A stretch of DNA of 64,000 nt from assembly GCA_041661245.1 (NCBI GenBank), contig JBAZUY010000001.1, forward strand, positions 64,491 to 128,490, written 5' to 3'. Origin of the DNA: an archaeon (GTDB lineage: Archaea > Iainarchaeota > Iainarchaeia > Iainarchaeales > JAAZKV01). The notes beneath the pieces were generated by a model, which did no database searches, was not told the DNA's origin, and worked only from the letters and a program-made list of their open reading frames with translations. Of the stretch, positions 20,429-30,130 are shown piece by piece (within the stretch, counting starts at the first letter, position 1; every line of letters begins with the position of its first letter). The translations under genes and the position numbers were made by a program.

Positions 20429-21579
20429 TTAAACTCAAATAACTTTCTTTGAAAACCACTATTTTCATCAAAATTCGAAACCCTTACACCCACTCTTCTA
20501 ACACTTGAAAGAGTCTCATTCAAATATTCCTTTAAAAGATTGTGAACTATCTCTTGCAAATCTTCAATAGAAGAAATTGGTTCAAGTTTTGTTTTTGATT
20601 TAGTCACAGTATCCATCCGATCAGTAACAATTATTAGTGAAACCGTTTTGAATCTTTTTTTAAGTTCCAAAATCTCTTTGTAAAGTAGAACTGAGAGAAA
20701 ATCAATATTTTGAACAACAAACTCATACTCTCTTGAATCCTGTTTTATTGTCATCATCCTTGAGAGTTGTTGTTTTTCCCTATTGACCTCAACGGACCTA
20801 TCATCTTTTCCAAAAGCAAAATCATAAAACTTTACCCCATTTGCTTCACCAAACCAAGAAATTAAATCAACGCGTTGAAACTTTTTAATATCCGCTACAA
20901 GCAAAATATTATGTTTCTTAAACTCCTCTTCAGTTTTTGGTCCAACACCATGCAACGCAGAAACTTTTTGCTTTAAAAGAAATGAATCAACTTCATTTGG
21001 TTTTACTACAGAAAACCCATCAGGTTTTTTCATTGATGCCGCCATTTTTGCAATTACTTTATTTGGAGCTAGTCCAATTGAACATGTCAATCCTAATTCT
21101 GATTTAATTCTTTGTTTAATTTTATTACAAATTTCAATTGCTTTATCATAATCCGAGGGATTAGTTAAATCAAAGTAAGCTTCATCCACAGAAACCTGTT
21201 CAACTTTTTCACAAAAAAAATCCACTATCTCAAACACTTTAGCAGAAATTTCTTCATAATATGGCTTGTCAGCATTAATGAAAACTGTTTCTTTATTTGC
21301 TAGTTTTTGGGCTAACGAAAGAGGCATCCCTGAACTAATCTTTAGTGCTCTTGCCTCATAACTACAAGTGGCAATTGCCCCTGAATTCTCGCGAAGAGAA
21401 GGCATTACTATTACAACCGGCTTTCCTTTAAATTCTGGTTTTCGGATTATCTCCGCTTGCGCATAAAAGTAATCCAAATCAAGTAAAGCAATAATTCGTT
21501 CCATTTCCCAAAACCCGTACATATTCTTTCCCTTCAACACTTTTTTAATGATTAGCAACTCCTTATTTGTGATGAACAA
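20425..21579 (-). CDS. dinB: DNA polymerase IV (Y-family)
   Basis: IIALLDLDYFYAQAE, VSVDEAYFDLT, SCSIGLAPNKVIAKMAASMKKPDGF. Confidence 0.95.
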   Translation of the reverse strand: MFITNKELLIIKKVLKGKNMYGFWEMERIIALLDLDYFYAQAEIIRKPEFKGKPVVIVMPSLRENSGAIATCSYEARALKISSGMPLSLAQKLANKETVFINADKPYYEEISAKVFEIVDFFCEKVEQVSVDEAYFDLTNPSDYDKAIEICNKIKQRIKSELGLTCSIGLAPNKVIAKMAASMKKPDGFSVVKPNEVDSFLLKQKVSALHGVGPKTEEEFKKHNILLVADIKKFQRVDLISWFGEANGVKFYDFAFGKDDRSVEVNREKQQLSRMMTIKQDSREYEFVVQNIDFLSVLLYKEILELKKRFKTVSLIIVTDRMDTVTKSKTKLEPISSIEDLQEIVHNLLKEYLNETLSSVRRVGVRVSNFDENSGFQRKLFEFK

Positions 21580-22384
21580 TAAGCAAAAAGAGAGCGCAGT
21601 AAAAGAACTCTACGAAAAATACCCTTACCCATCAAGGGATGACCCTAGTGAAGAGGATGTAAAATATTTTGCTAAATGGGTAGCAAAGATATTTGGAGAG
21701 AATACTACTTTTTGGAAGGATAAAACCGTACTCGAACTTGGGTGCGGGACAGGAGAACTCGCATGCGGTTTAGCCCTTTGTGGAGCAAGCGTAACTGGAA
21801 TTGATTTTAGTTCAACTTCAATAAAACACGCCACTAGTCTTGCAAAAAAACTTGGAGTTGCAAACAAAGCAAAATTTATTGAAAAAAACATTTTAGAAAT
21901 TACTTCGGATGATTTTAATAGAGGAAAATATGATGTTTGCATTGCACTTGGTTCACTCCACCACACAGTTGCCCCACGAAAAGGATTTGAGATACTTTCT
22001 TCAAAAGCAAAACAAAATGGACTTGTTATTGTTGGGTTGTATAACAAATACTCCCGAGCAAGGCAAAGAGTAAGACGAGTAATTCTTAGAGCATTTTGCG
22101 GGAATGATATTGAAAAAAGAATTACTTTTGGAGAGAAATATTTCGGAACAAATGGAAACAAATCCTGGGCAGCAGATAAGTATGGACAAATTCACGAAAG
22201 CTACCACAGTATTTTAGAAGTCTTAAAATGGTTTAAAGAAGAGAATCTTGTTTTTATTGCATCAAAACCAAAATTCAAAATGCCAATAATCGATGAGATT
22301 AAGTGGATGATGGAGAAAAAAGAGGCCTTTTTTGTAATGGTTGGCAAGAAAGAGGACAAGAAGAGAAGCGGGGCAAAGGTTTAA
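21548..22384 (+). CDS. SAM-dependent class I methyltransferase
   Basis: VLELGCGTGELACGLALCGASVTGIDFS, VCIALGSLHHT. True start probably the ATG at 21572, so less overlap with dinB. Confidence 0.9.
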   Translation: MISNSLFVMNNKQKESAVKELYEKYPYPSRDDPSEEDVKYFAKWVAKIFGENTTFWKDKTVLELGCGTGELACGLALCGASVTGIDFSSTSIKHATSLAKKLGVANKAKFIEKNILEITSDDFNRGKYDVCIALGSLHHTVAPRKGFEILSSKAKQNGLVIVGLYNKYSRARQRVRRVILRAFCGNDIEKRITFGEKYFGTNGNKSWAADKYGQIHESYHSILEVLKWFKEENLVFIASKPKFKMPIIDEIKWMMEKKEAFFVMVGKKEDKKRSGAKV

Positions 22385-22429
22385 AACAACATATGAATGA
22401 AGTTTCATTTATCTTTGAGGTGTTAATTA

Positions 22430-22675
22430 ATGGCTAAAGTAACAGTGTACTCTACAAGCACTTGTCCTTACTGCGTAATGGCAAAGGACTGGTTGAAAGG
22501 AAAAAAAGTAGAATATGAAGATGTTAATGTGGGAATCAACCAAGAAAGAGCTCGCGAAATGATAACAAAAAGCGGACAAATGGGAGTTCCAGTAATTGAC
22601 ATTGACGGGGAAATAATTATTGGGTTTGACAGACCACGAATAGAAACTGCATTAAAAAATAAAAAACTAGTATAA
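22430..22675 (+). CDS. Glutaredoxin-like protein
   Basis: VTVYSTSTCPYCVMAKDWLKGKKVEYEDVNVG...GQMGVPVIDIDGEIIIGFD. Confidence 0.93.
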   Translation: MAKVTVYSTSTCPYCVMAKDWLKGKKVEYEDVNVGINQERAREMITKSGQMGVPVIDIDGEIIIGFDRPRIETALKNKKLV

Positions 22676-22713
22676 TAAAAATAAATAAGTTAATTTGGAA
22701 TTGCACTCATTCG

Positions 22714-23082
22714 CTAACAAGTAGTGTGGATGAGTGCGTTAACTTTTTCTCCGCGTTTAATATCAGCATTTATTCTATCCACTGCCAAAGGAGAAGGTAA
22801 GATAATTAGAGCCGTTCGTTGTTTTAAAATAGTTTCAGCATCAGGAGCCAATTTCAACAAACTCTCATGCCCAATGCCAATTACAACTTCCCAAGGATTT
22901 CCCCTCAAAAGCTCTTTAGCTTCATCAAGATCAACAAGGTGAATGGACCCATACTTTTTGTTTAATTTATCATAATCTCGTGGAAAAACTCTTCCATCCA
23001 CAAATAGGATATCTCTTAATTCGGTTCCGTCAAAAGAAATTTTTCCCCACTCAAGTCTAAAACTTTGAATCTTTTCTTCCAA
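22714..23082 (-). CDS. Mth938-like/DUF498 domain protein
   Basis: RVFPRDYDKLNKKYGSIHLVDLDEAKELLRGNPWEVVIGIGHESLLKLAPDA. Confidence 0.7.
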   Translation of the reverse strand: MEEKIQSFRLEWGKISFDGTELRDILFVDGRVFPRDYDKLNKKYGSIHLVDLDEAKELLRGNPWEVVIGIGHESLLKLAPDAETILKQRTALIILPSPLAVDRINADIKRGEKVNALIHTTC

Positions 23083-23098
23083 GTATAATCACTTCACT

Positions 23099-23848
23099 TC
23101 AAATTTTTAGTTTTCCTTCAAAAAATTTGAAATAAATCATCAAGACTACTACTAACCCGCCGAGAACTACCCACCATTGTCGAGTTAAATCAACTTCAAT
23201 TAATCTCATGGATTGCATCCCTAGTTCTATGAGCAAAATTACTAACCAAAGTAAAACCGCCCAAAAAATTGCTTTCTTCCACCAGACGTTAACAAACATT
23301 GCTCTACTTCTTGTATGAGAACTTACTTGAGGCATTGGTTCTTCCTCGCCCGATTCATCAATATTTTCTTCGCCAGTTTCTCCCGTTTCATCATCTAAAG
23401 GTTCGCCGAATTCATCAACAGCTCCTTCTTCATTCGCTTCCCCTTCTTCTAAAGGGGCTTCCTCGTTGGAATCAAAATTCTCTTCAACTTGTTTTTTTCC
23501 TTTTTGTAAAGGAACTGGATCTTCAGTATCATCAATACTGTTTTCATCCAAATCAGCTTCCATTTGTTTTCGCTTCAAGTATCTACTTCGTCTTGAATCA
23601 AACTTTCTTTGTGGCTCTTCATCCATTTGATACTTTTGTGCAGGAGGAAGAATTCGTTGCTCAGGTGCAGAAACATAAACTGGTTTTTCAACAATAAAAG
23701 TTTTGATTCTAACAGTTTCTTTCTTTTGCTGAGGGATAACATCTTTCATTCTTGCAAAAAATCCCATCGGTACTTCTTTGACTTTAGTAACAGGTTTTGC
23801 AGCGAAACGCTTCTTAGGCTTACTTTTCTTCTTGGCCATAACTAGCAA
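23099..23848 (-). CDS. Hypothetical charged protein with C-terminal membrane segments
   Basis: Basic N-term, long acidic middle (EEAPLEEGEANEEGAVDEFGEPLDD), hydrophobic C-term; upstream of scpA sequence on opposite end of a shared minus-strand run. Confidence 0.65.
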   Translation of the reverse strand: MLVMAKKKSKPKKRFAAKPVTKVKEVPMGFFARMKDVIPQQKKETVRIKTFIVEKPVYVSAPEQRILPPAQKYQMDEEPQRKFDSRRSRYLKRKQMEADLDENSIDDTEDPVPLQKGKKQVEENFDSNEEAPLEEGEANEEGAVDEFGEPLDDETGETGEENIDESGEEEPMPQVSSHTRSRAMFVNVWWKKAIFWAVLLWLVILLIELGMQSMRLIEVDLTRQWWVVLGGLVVVLMIYFKFFEGKLKI

Positions 23849-23913
23849 CTAAAAGGGAAAAACCCCTATTTAATGGTTTCTAGAGGAAAAATTCCAAAAA
23901 TAAGAACTTTGAT

Positions 23914-24705
23914 TTATGCAGCTTCTATCACAACTAGTTGAACAAAGATAGTCCCAAAGAACTCATTTTGGTAAGCAATTACTTTTCCATTATTCATTAA
24001 GAACAAAACTGGAAGAAATGTATCTACAATAGAATCGACTTCACCGCTATTACCAGTCAAGTCACTAAACAAAACTACCCCTTGCGAATCAGCTTTACTT
24101 TTAATTAAATCAAAAACTTCCTGCATTTTTTCTTCAATTGAAGAAGAATCAAAATTAATTTCAATTCGAGGCATGTTTCTTGCAGAGGCTTTTTTTGGGG
24201 TAGTTCTTTGAATAATATCCTCAATACTTGAAACTAATTCATCAAGAGTAATTCTTCCTTCCCTTGCCATTCTATTACTCATTAAATCAGGAACTTCTCC
24301 AAGCATTAAGGCTCTTTGCTCAGGAGTTAATACTGCCACTTCCTCTTTATCATCAAGAGAAGATAAACGCAAATATTTTGATTTAGTTTTAACTAAAATT
24401 GCACAAGCTAAAATTGCATTAGCTGGAACTCTCAAATTATGCCCCGACAAATCATTAATTTTTTTAATATACTTCTCAGTTAATTCAATGACATCAATAT
24501 CCCAAGGATTCATTTTCTCGGATTCAACTAAATCAAGCAAAATTGTTTTCCACGCAGGCTGATCAATAAGATCCACTAAATCCATTTTGGAATAATCTCT
24601 TTCAAATTCTACTTCATTTGAATTAAATTCAGATTCATTTATTTCAACTTCAACAGAAACAGCTTCCGCGACAGAGGAAGAACTTTTTGATAAAGACTTA
24701 GGCAT
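23914..24705 (-). CDS. scpA: Segregation and condensation protein A
   Basis: SEKMNPWDIDVIELTEKYIKKI, RVPANAILACAILVKTKSKYL. Confidence 0.9.
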   Translation of the reverse strand: MPKSLSKSSSSVAEAVSVEVEINESEFNSNEVEFERDYSKMDLVDLIDQPAWKTILLDLVESEKMNPWDIDVIELTEKYIKKINDLSGHNLRVPANAILACAILVKTKSKYLRLSSLDDKEEVAVLTPEQRALMLGEVPDLMSNRMAREGRITLDELVSSIEDIIQRTTPKKASARNMPRIEINFDSSSIEEKMQEVFDLIKSKADSQGVVLFSDLTGNSGEVDSIVDTFLPVLFLMNNGKVIAYQNEFFGTIFVQLVVIEAA

Positions 24706-24859
24706 ACTATAAATAAGTGCGAGGATGCTTTTAAACTTTTCTTATGTAGAAGTAAAGAGTTTTGTAATGGAATAACTTTGCAAATTCTCCAAGTAAGCCT
24801 TAAATATCACTTAATCCCTTAACTTTGAAGTAGAAAAAGAAAATATTTTTTTTTGAAAG

Positions 24860-25579
24860 GTGATTGTGTTGGAACGAACTAAAACTGGAATACCAGGCGT
24901 TGATGAATTATTAAATGGAGGAATACCTAAAGGAAGTAATGTTTTAGTTGCAGGGGGAGCAGGAACTGGAAAAACTATTTTTACAACACAATACTTATAC
25001 AATGGAGCTTTACAATACGGCGAACCAGGAGTATTTGTTACACTTGAAGGCAATGTAAGAGATATTGCTTGGAACATGGAATCATTCCAATGGGACATTA
25101 AAAATTTGCAAGACCAAGGAATGTTCACTATTTACCGATTAGGAATGGAATTTATTAAAGATCGAGCAATGCTTGAAGAAAGACTTGATGAACAACTTGC
25201 TGAAATAAAAAAAGAGGTAGAAGAAATTCACGCAAAAAGATTAGTAATTGATTCAACAACTGTTTTTGGAGCATACCTTGAACCAAGTTTATTACGAACT
25301 ACTTTATTCAAATTTTGTGATCAACTAAAAACAATGGGTTGTACAACATTACTCACTTCTGAAACACAACCAACAAAAAATACTTTCTCAGCATTTGGAG
25401 TAGAAGAATTTGTTGTTGACGGAATATTTGCATTATATTTCTCTCCACCAAACAGAAGCTTGTTTGTTAGAAAAATGAGAGGAACAGTACACGACAAAAA
25501 TCCACACCCATTAGAAATTACTAACAAAGGAGTAGTTGTTAACTCAAGAGATAGCATTATTTGGGAATCAATCAAGTGA
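24860..25579 (+). CDS. KaiC/RadA-domain ATPase
   Basis: TGIPGVDELLNGGIPKGSNVLVAGGAGTGKTIFTTQYLYNGA Walker A and KaiC-like core. Confidence 0.93.
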   Translation: MIVLERTKTGIPGVDELLNGGIPKGSNVLVAGGAGTGKTIFTTQYLYNGALQYGEPGVFVTLEGNVRDIAWNMESFQWDIKNLQDQGMFTIYRLGMEFIKDRAMLEERLDEQLAEIKKEVEEIHAKRLVIDSTTVFGAYLEPSLLRTTLFKFCDQLKTMGCTTLLTSETQPTKNTFSAFGVEEFVVDGIFALYFSPPNRSLFVRKMRGTVHDKNPHPLEITNKGVVVNSRDSIIWESIK

Positions 25580-25660
25580 TTGCAGGCAATCAAATGATTA
25601 CCAGCATTTAAGGAATCACAAGCAATTAATTAATCAATATTTATAAAAGGGATCGAAATT

Positions 25661-25912
25661 ATGCCACGAGTAAGACCTTTGTTCAGATTAAAAAAAACAA
25701 TCCCTGGACAGACTGTTGCCCACTGGAATGAGCCAAAACATATTGTTAATGGAACTTTTAATCCACAAGAGGGAAAAGTACATCAACTTGCCCCAGGAAC
25801 ATCAAACAAAAAAATGAGAAATCTAACAATGAGAAGAATCCCAGACATTGAAAATATTAAAGCAATTCTAAAAAGAAGAAAGCAACTTGCCAAATCAAGA
25901 AAACAAAATTAA
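25661..25912 (+). CDS. Small basic protein, tandem paralog 1
   Basis: MPRVRPLFRLKKTIPG...NPQEGKVHQLAPGTSNKKMRN; TATA-like sequence upstream. Confidence 0.75.
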   Translation: MPRVRPLFRLKKTIPGQTVAHWNEPKHIVNGTFNPQEGKVHQLAPGTSNKKMRNLTMRRIPDIENIKAILKRRKQLAKSRKQN

Positions 25913-25914
25913 CG

Positions 25915-26214
25915 GTGAATAAAATGGTTTCACTAAGACCCCCATTACTTAAGATAAAAAAGCCAATAGACGGACTAAAGGCCTCTTCCAGAAGAAGCGC
26001 AAGTTCCCCAAACCCTAATGAAGGAATAATTTTTCAGCTCGCAGCAAATGCAGGAAGTAGAAAACTGCAAAGAGCAATTATCCGCACAGAAAAAGCACTT
26101 GAAAAGCACTACCCTGAATTTTCAACTGTGAATGGGCGACAAGTTAGAAATTTACCATCAAATGCAAAGATAAAACTCACAAACAGACTTGCAAGATTAA
26201 AGTCGATTAAGTAA
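25915..26214 (+). CDS. Small basic protein, tandem paralog 2
   Basis: MVSLRPPLLKIKKPIDG...NPNEGIIFQLAANAGSRKLQR, alignable to the preceding gene. Confidence 0.75.
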   Translation: MNKMVSLRPPLLKIKKPIDGLKASSRRSASSPNPNEGIIFQLAANAGSRKLQRAIIRTEKALEKHYPEFSTVNGRQVRNLPSNAKIKLTNRLARLKSIK

Positions 26215-26245
26215 ACTTAAAACCCTTTGGAATTACTATTTATTT

Positions 26246-26902
26246 ATGAGACTGACAAAATTCGCACAATCCTGCATAATGCTTGAAGAAGGCAAAACTA
26301 AACTTTTAGTTGATCCGGGCGCTTATCTCCTTGATGAAAAAACAATCAAAGCTTGGGGCAAACCAGATTTTGTTTTAGTAACACACAAACACCAAGATCA
26401 CTTTGATGAAACAGCTGCTAAAAAAATTATTTCCTCAAGAATTAAATTTTATTCAACAAAAGAAGTTGCAAAAACTTACCCATCAATTAAGTTTAGAACT
26501 GTAAATAAAGGACAAAAATTTACTCTTGGGAAATTTACTGTTGAAGTTGTACACGCAGAACATGGATACAACCCACTACTCAAAGGAGAAAAAGAAGTAC
26601 ATGAAGGAATTGGATTCATGATAGACAATGGACTAAGAAAAGTTTATCACACAGGAGACACAATTTGTTTCCCAAACAATTACAAATGTGACGTAATTTG
26701 TTTACCTTACAATAACCACGGCGTTTGTATGGGACCATTTGAAGCAGCACTCTTTGCAAAAGAAACTAATCCAATTTTAGTTTTACCAATGCACGCAGAT
26801 AGTCCAAAATTTCCTGCTGATAATCTAAAATTTGAAGAAGAATTAAAAAAGAATGAATTAAAATATAGATTCTTAAAAATAGGTGAAAGTATCGAACTTT
26901 GA
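26246..26902 (+). CDS. Metallo-beta-lactamase fold hydrolase (UPF0173-like)
   Basis: THKHQDHFDETA, EHGYNPLLKG, VYHTGDT, LPMHADSPKF. Confidence 0.88.
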   Translation: MRLTKFAQSCIMLEEGKTKLLVDPGAYLLDEKTIKAWGKPDFVLVTHKHQDHFDETAAKKIISSRIKFYSTKEVAKTYPSIKFRTVNKGQKFTLGKFTVEVVHAEHGYNPLLKGEKEVHEGIGFMIDNGLRKVYHTGDTICFPNNYKCDVICLPYNNHGVCMGPFEAALFAKETNPILVLPMHADSPKFPADNLKFEEELKKNELKYRFLKIGESIEL

Positions 26903-26959
26903 ATTCAGCACAAGTACCGAACTCTAAGTTCAACACAATCAAAAACTAAAAACTTATTT

Positions 26960-27634
26960 CTAATTCTTCTTTGCAATTTTTGCAATTATATTTTCTGCTG
27001 CGGCAACACTATCTGCAGGAGAAACATTCCCATCATACCTATGCAACAAACCTTTTTTGTCATAGTATTGGATTAATGGAGAAGTTTTTTCTAGGAAAGT
27101 ATCGTATCTTTTTGCAATAGTTTCTGGTTTATCATCATCACGTTGGATTAACTTTGCACCATCATCATCACAAACCCCTACCTGTTTTGGAGGGATAGTT
27201 ACAGTATTGTAAACTTTTTTACATTTCTCGCAAGTCCATCTTGATGAAAGTCTTCTTACTACACTTTCTTTTGAAGACTCAATGTAAATAACTGCGGCCA
27301 ATTTTTGGTTTACTTTAGCAAGAATATCATCAAGCATTGGGGCTTGAGCAAGAGTTCTTGGAAAACCATCAAAAATAACTCCGTTAAATCCTTCTGAAGA
27401 AACTTTTTTCTTTAAGTCCTTTGAAAGCATTTCTCCAACAAGATCATCAGAAACAAGTTTGCCTGAAACCATTATTTCGTTAAGTTTCTTTCCTAAATCT
27501 GAACCGCTTGCAACTTCAGCCCTAAGCAAATCTCCCGTAGAGACTTGATTTAATTTGTACTTATCCATTACAGCTTGTGCAACTGTACCTTTCCCTGCGC
27601 CAGGGGGCCCTAAAAATATTAAGTTCAATGCCAT
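26960..27634 (-). CDS. adk: Adenylate kinase with zinc-type lid
   Basis: LIFLGPPGAGKGTVAQ, FDGFPRTLAQA, CEKCKKVYNTVTIPPKQVGVCDDDGAKLIQRDDD. Confidence 0.96.
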   Translation of the reverse strand: MALNLIFLGPPGAGKGTVAQAVMDKYKLNQVSTGDLLRAEVASGSDLGKKLNEIMVSGKLVSDDLVGEMLSKDLKKKVSSEGFNGVIFDGFPRTLAQAPMLDDILAKVNQKLAAVIYIESSKESVVRRLSSRWTCEKCKKVYNTVTIPPKQVGVCDDDGAKLIQRDDDKPETIAKRYDTFLEKTSPLIQYYDKKGLLHRYDGNVSPADSVAAAENIIAKIAKKN

Positions 27635-27694
27635 TTCTTCTCACCAAAAGAAAATTTGAAGGAATGGTTTTAAAAATCCACTTTGGGGAAGGGG

Positions 27695-28576
27695 TTAGTT
27701 AAGGACTTTAATGTCAAAAACAACTTGCTCCTTTGTTGGAGAAAACTGCCTTACTCTTGCTCTTCGAATAATTTCCACTTTTCTTTTTGCTTTCTTTGCG
27801 GCGTCAAATATTTGTTTCTCAGGAGTAGCAAAATCATCCTTTACTACAATTTCATAAAAATGTATTACCCCTTTTGGTTTAATGCAACTATATGCTTCTG
27901 AAAGAAATTGATACCCCGTATGAGGAAGAGGCATCGCAATTCTGTCAAAGAGTTTTTTGTATTTTTTATAAACTTTCTTTACATCCCCTTTTACAAAAAC
28001 AACTCTTTCATCCCCTTTAGGAGAACCATTATTTATTTTATTAATTACTGCATTTTCTTTTGCATATTTATGCGCAACCGGATTAAGTTCAATTGCAACA
28101 ATCTTTCCTGCTTTGGAATTCTTTGCAAAAACAATTGGGTAAGGGCCAACACCACTAAACCAACAACCAACTACTTCATTTGGCTGAATTAGTGAAGCAA
28201 TTCTACTTCTTTCTCCGCCAAGTCTAGGTGAAAAGAAAACTTTTCCAAGAGGAACTAATAAAGTACAACCACTTTCACGATAAGTTGCAACAGTTTGCTT
28301 TTTTCCAGCAATTACTTTAACTTTTTGAACACGATATTTTCCTTCATGATTACTTTCAATACTACAAACGGTTTCAAACCGAGGATTCATTTCAATTAAA
28401 GTTTCCCCAATCAATTTTTTTCTCTTTGAAAGTTCCCTTGGAATTTCAATTACTGCAATATTCCCAAAAGAATCAAAAGCATTAGTTGCAAAAGGTTTTT
28501 CTTTTTCAGGGAGTTTCAAAAGAAGCGCTTCCCTTAGAGTAGTTGGTTTTTTTTGTTCTAAACTAACTGAATCCAT
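27695..28576 (-). CDS. tRNA (guanine37-N1)-methyltransferase, Trm5 family
   Basis: CWFSGVGPYPIVFAKNSKAGKIVAIELNPVAHKYAKENAVIN, DRIAMPLPHTGYQFL. Confidence 0.9.
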   Translation of the reverse strand: MDSVSLEQKKPTTLREALLLKLPEKEKPFATNAFDSFGNIAVIEIPRELSKRKKLIGETLIEMNPRFETVCSIESNHEGKYRVQKVKVIAGKKQTVATYRESGCTLLVPLGKVFFSPRLGGERSRIASLIQPNEVVGCWFSGVGPYPIVFAKNSKAGKIVAIELNPVAHKYAKENAVINKINNGSPKGDERVVFVKGDVKKVYKKYKKLFDRIAMPLPHTGYQFLSEAYSCIKPKGVIHFYEIVVKDDFATPEKQIFDAAKKAKRKVEIIRRARVRQFSPTKEQVVFDIKVLN

Positions 28577-28628
28577 ACTTTATTTGCTTAACAAAAAGGG
28601 TTAAATACAAATCCGCCCTAACTTTGGC

Positions 28629-29519
28629 ATGGACACAAGCTTGTTTTACGAGTTCTTTGTTAAACCAATAATAAGCCCCGAAGTACAAGGATACAACCTA
28701 GTAAACACCGCAATTTACATTATCCTGTTGGTTTCAGCCTGTGCATTAATTTACTACCTCTTGCGGAAAAGAATTGAATTTAATTACAAATTTTTTATTG
28801 CACTAATCCCTTACATTTTATTTGGAATTTCTCTAAGAGTAATCATGCACCAAGTAGAAGCAGGAAGTTTATTCATTTACGGATTAACTAAAACAGCTAA
28901 TCCTCTTGAAATTGGATTTTGGTTTTTCACTCCAGGAGTATGGATTTTCACTTTTGTTGTTGTACTAATTGGACTACTCCTTGCAGGCATATTAAAGAAA
29001 AACAAACAATTAGATTACACAGTTTTGTTTACCATTGGAGGATTATTTGCACTTTTCCCAATAGTGTTTAACTTTATTCATTTTAATAATTGGGTAGTTT
29101 TCCTTGAAACAATTGCCCTAATTGCAATTGTATCTTATGGGATATGCAAATTAATTGACAAATATACAAAATACAAAATCTTCTCTGACCCAATTAATTT
29201 ATTTATCGTAACAGGACAAGCAATTGATGGAATTGCAAGCAGTATTGCAATAACTTTTTTTAATTTCTCAGAACAACATGTCGTTTCAAACATGGTAATG
29301 AATATCCATCCAGCTTTATTTGTTCTAATAAAAGTTATACTTTCAATTCTGATTTGTTGGAGCTTGGACGATTATTTGAAGGATGAAAAGAAAGAAGACA
29401 AAAAACACTTAGAAAAGATGAAGAACAAGAAAAATCTCGTGGGTTTTATTAAAGTAATAATTGCAATACTTGGATTTGCTACGGGCCTTGCAAGTTTATT
29501 CAAACTAGGGATAATATAA
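28629..29519 (+). CDS. DUF63 family membrane protein
   Basis: FYEFFVKPIISPEVQGYNLVNTAIYIILL; multi-spanning archaeal family. Confidence 0.8.
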   Translation: MDTSLFYEFFVKPIISPEVQGYNLVNTAIYIILLVSACALIYYLLRKRIEFNYKFFIALIPYILFGISLRVIMHQVEAGSLFIYGLTKTANPLEIGFWFFTPGVWIFTFVVVLIGLLLAGILKKNKQLDYTVLFTIGGLFALFPIVFNFIHFNNWVVFLETIALIAIVSYGICKLIDKYTKYKIFSDPINLFIVTGQAIDGIASSIAITFFNFSEQHVVSNMVMNIHPALFVLIKVILSILICWSLDDYLKDEKKEDKKHLEKMKNKKNLVGFIKVIIAILGFATGLASLFKLGII

Positions 29520-29551
29520 CTTGCTTTTTCAAAGTGAATTATTCAATAAGA

Positions 29552-30067
29552 CTACTGTATTATTCGCGCCTTAATCAGATTTGATGCTACTGAGGAAATA
29601 GTTTGATTGGAAAATCCAAAAGCAGTACCTGAAACTTTCCTAAATTTTACTTTTACCCGAGCGCTAAATTCCCCAAATGTACTTTTTTCAGTTTGGGACA
29701 AAAGAGCCCATAAAATGCATTTAGCAACAAGTGGACGTACTGTGACTCCGACTCTTTGTGCAGGGCTAGAAGCAAATATCTTTTCTCCAGAAAATAGTAA
29801 TTTTAATCTCTTATCAAGCCCAGGGTGTGTGAAAACCGTATCTGCATTAAGTTTTCTTTGCCACACAGGAGAAACAGCTGATTTCTCGATATAAAAACGC
29901 GCTCGCTCGGAGACAAATCCCAAATTTGCAGCTTCATGCAATGGAAGAACATTATCTCGTTGAAATATCTTAGACTTGCCCATACTTGGCTCAGGATCAT
30001 GCTTTGGTCTGCCCCCAACAGTTCTTCCAAAAAAACTATATGATTTCTTCAAAATATATTCCCCCAA
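29552..30067 (-). CDS. Hypothetical protein
   Basis: 171 aa intact ORF, convergent with the DUF63 gene. Confidence 0.6.
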   Translation of the reverse strand: MGEYILKKSYSFFGRTVGGRPKHDPEPSMGKSKIFQRDNVLPLHEAANLGFVSERARFYIEKSAVSPVWQRKLNADTVFTHPGLDKRLKLLFSGEKIFASSPAQRVGVTVRPLVAKCILWALLSQTEKSTFGEFSARVKVKFRKVSGTAFGFSNQTISSVASNLIKARIIQ

Positions 30068-30130
30068 AATACAGGATGCTCAATAGGAGTTACGCGAGCG
30101 AGTATTAAAACCTTTTCAATTATTCAATTT

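Noticed and set aside
24860-25579. Canonical RadA recombinase
   Set aside because: It is short and KaiC-like, and lacks the N-terminal HhH and typical RadA features.
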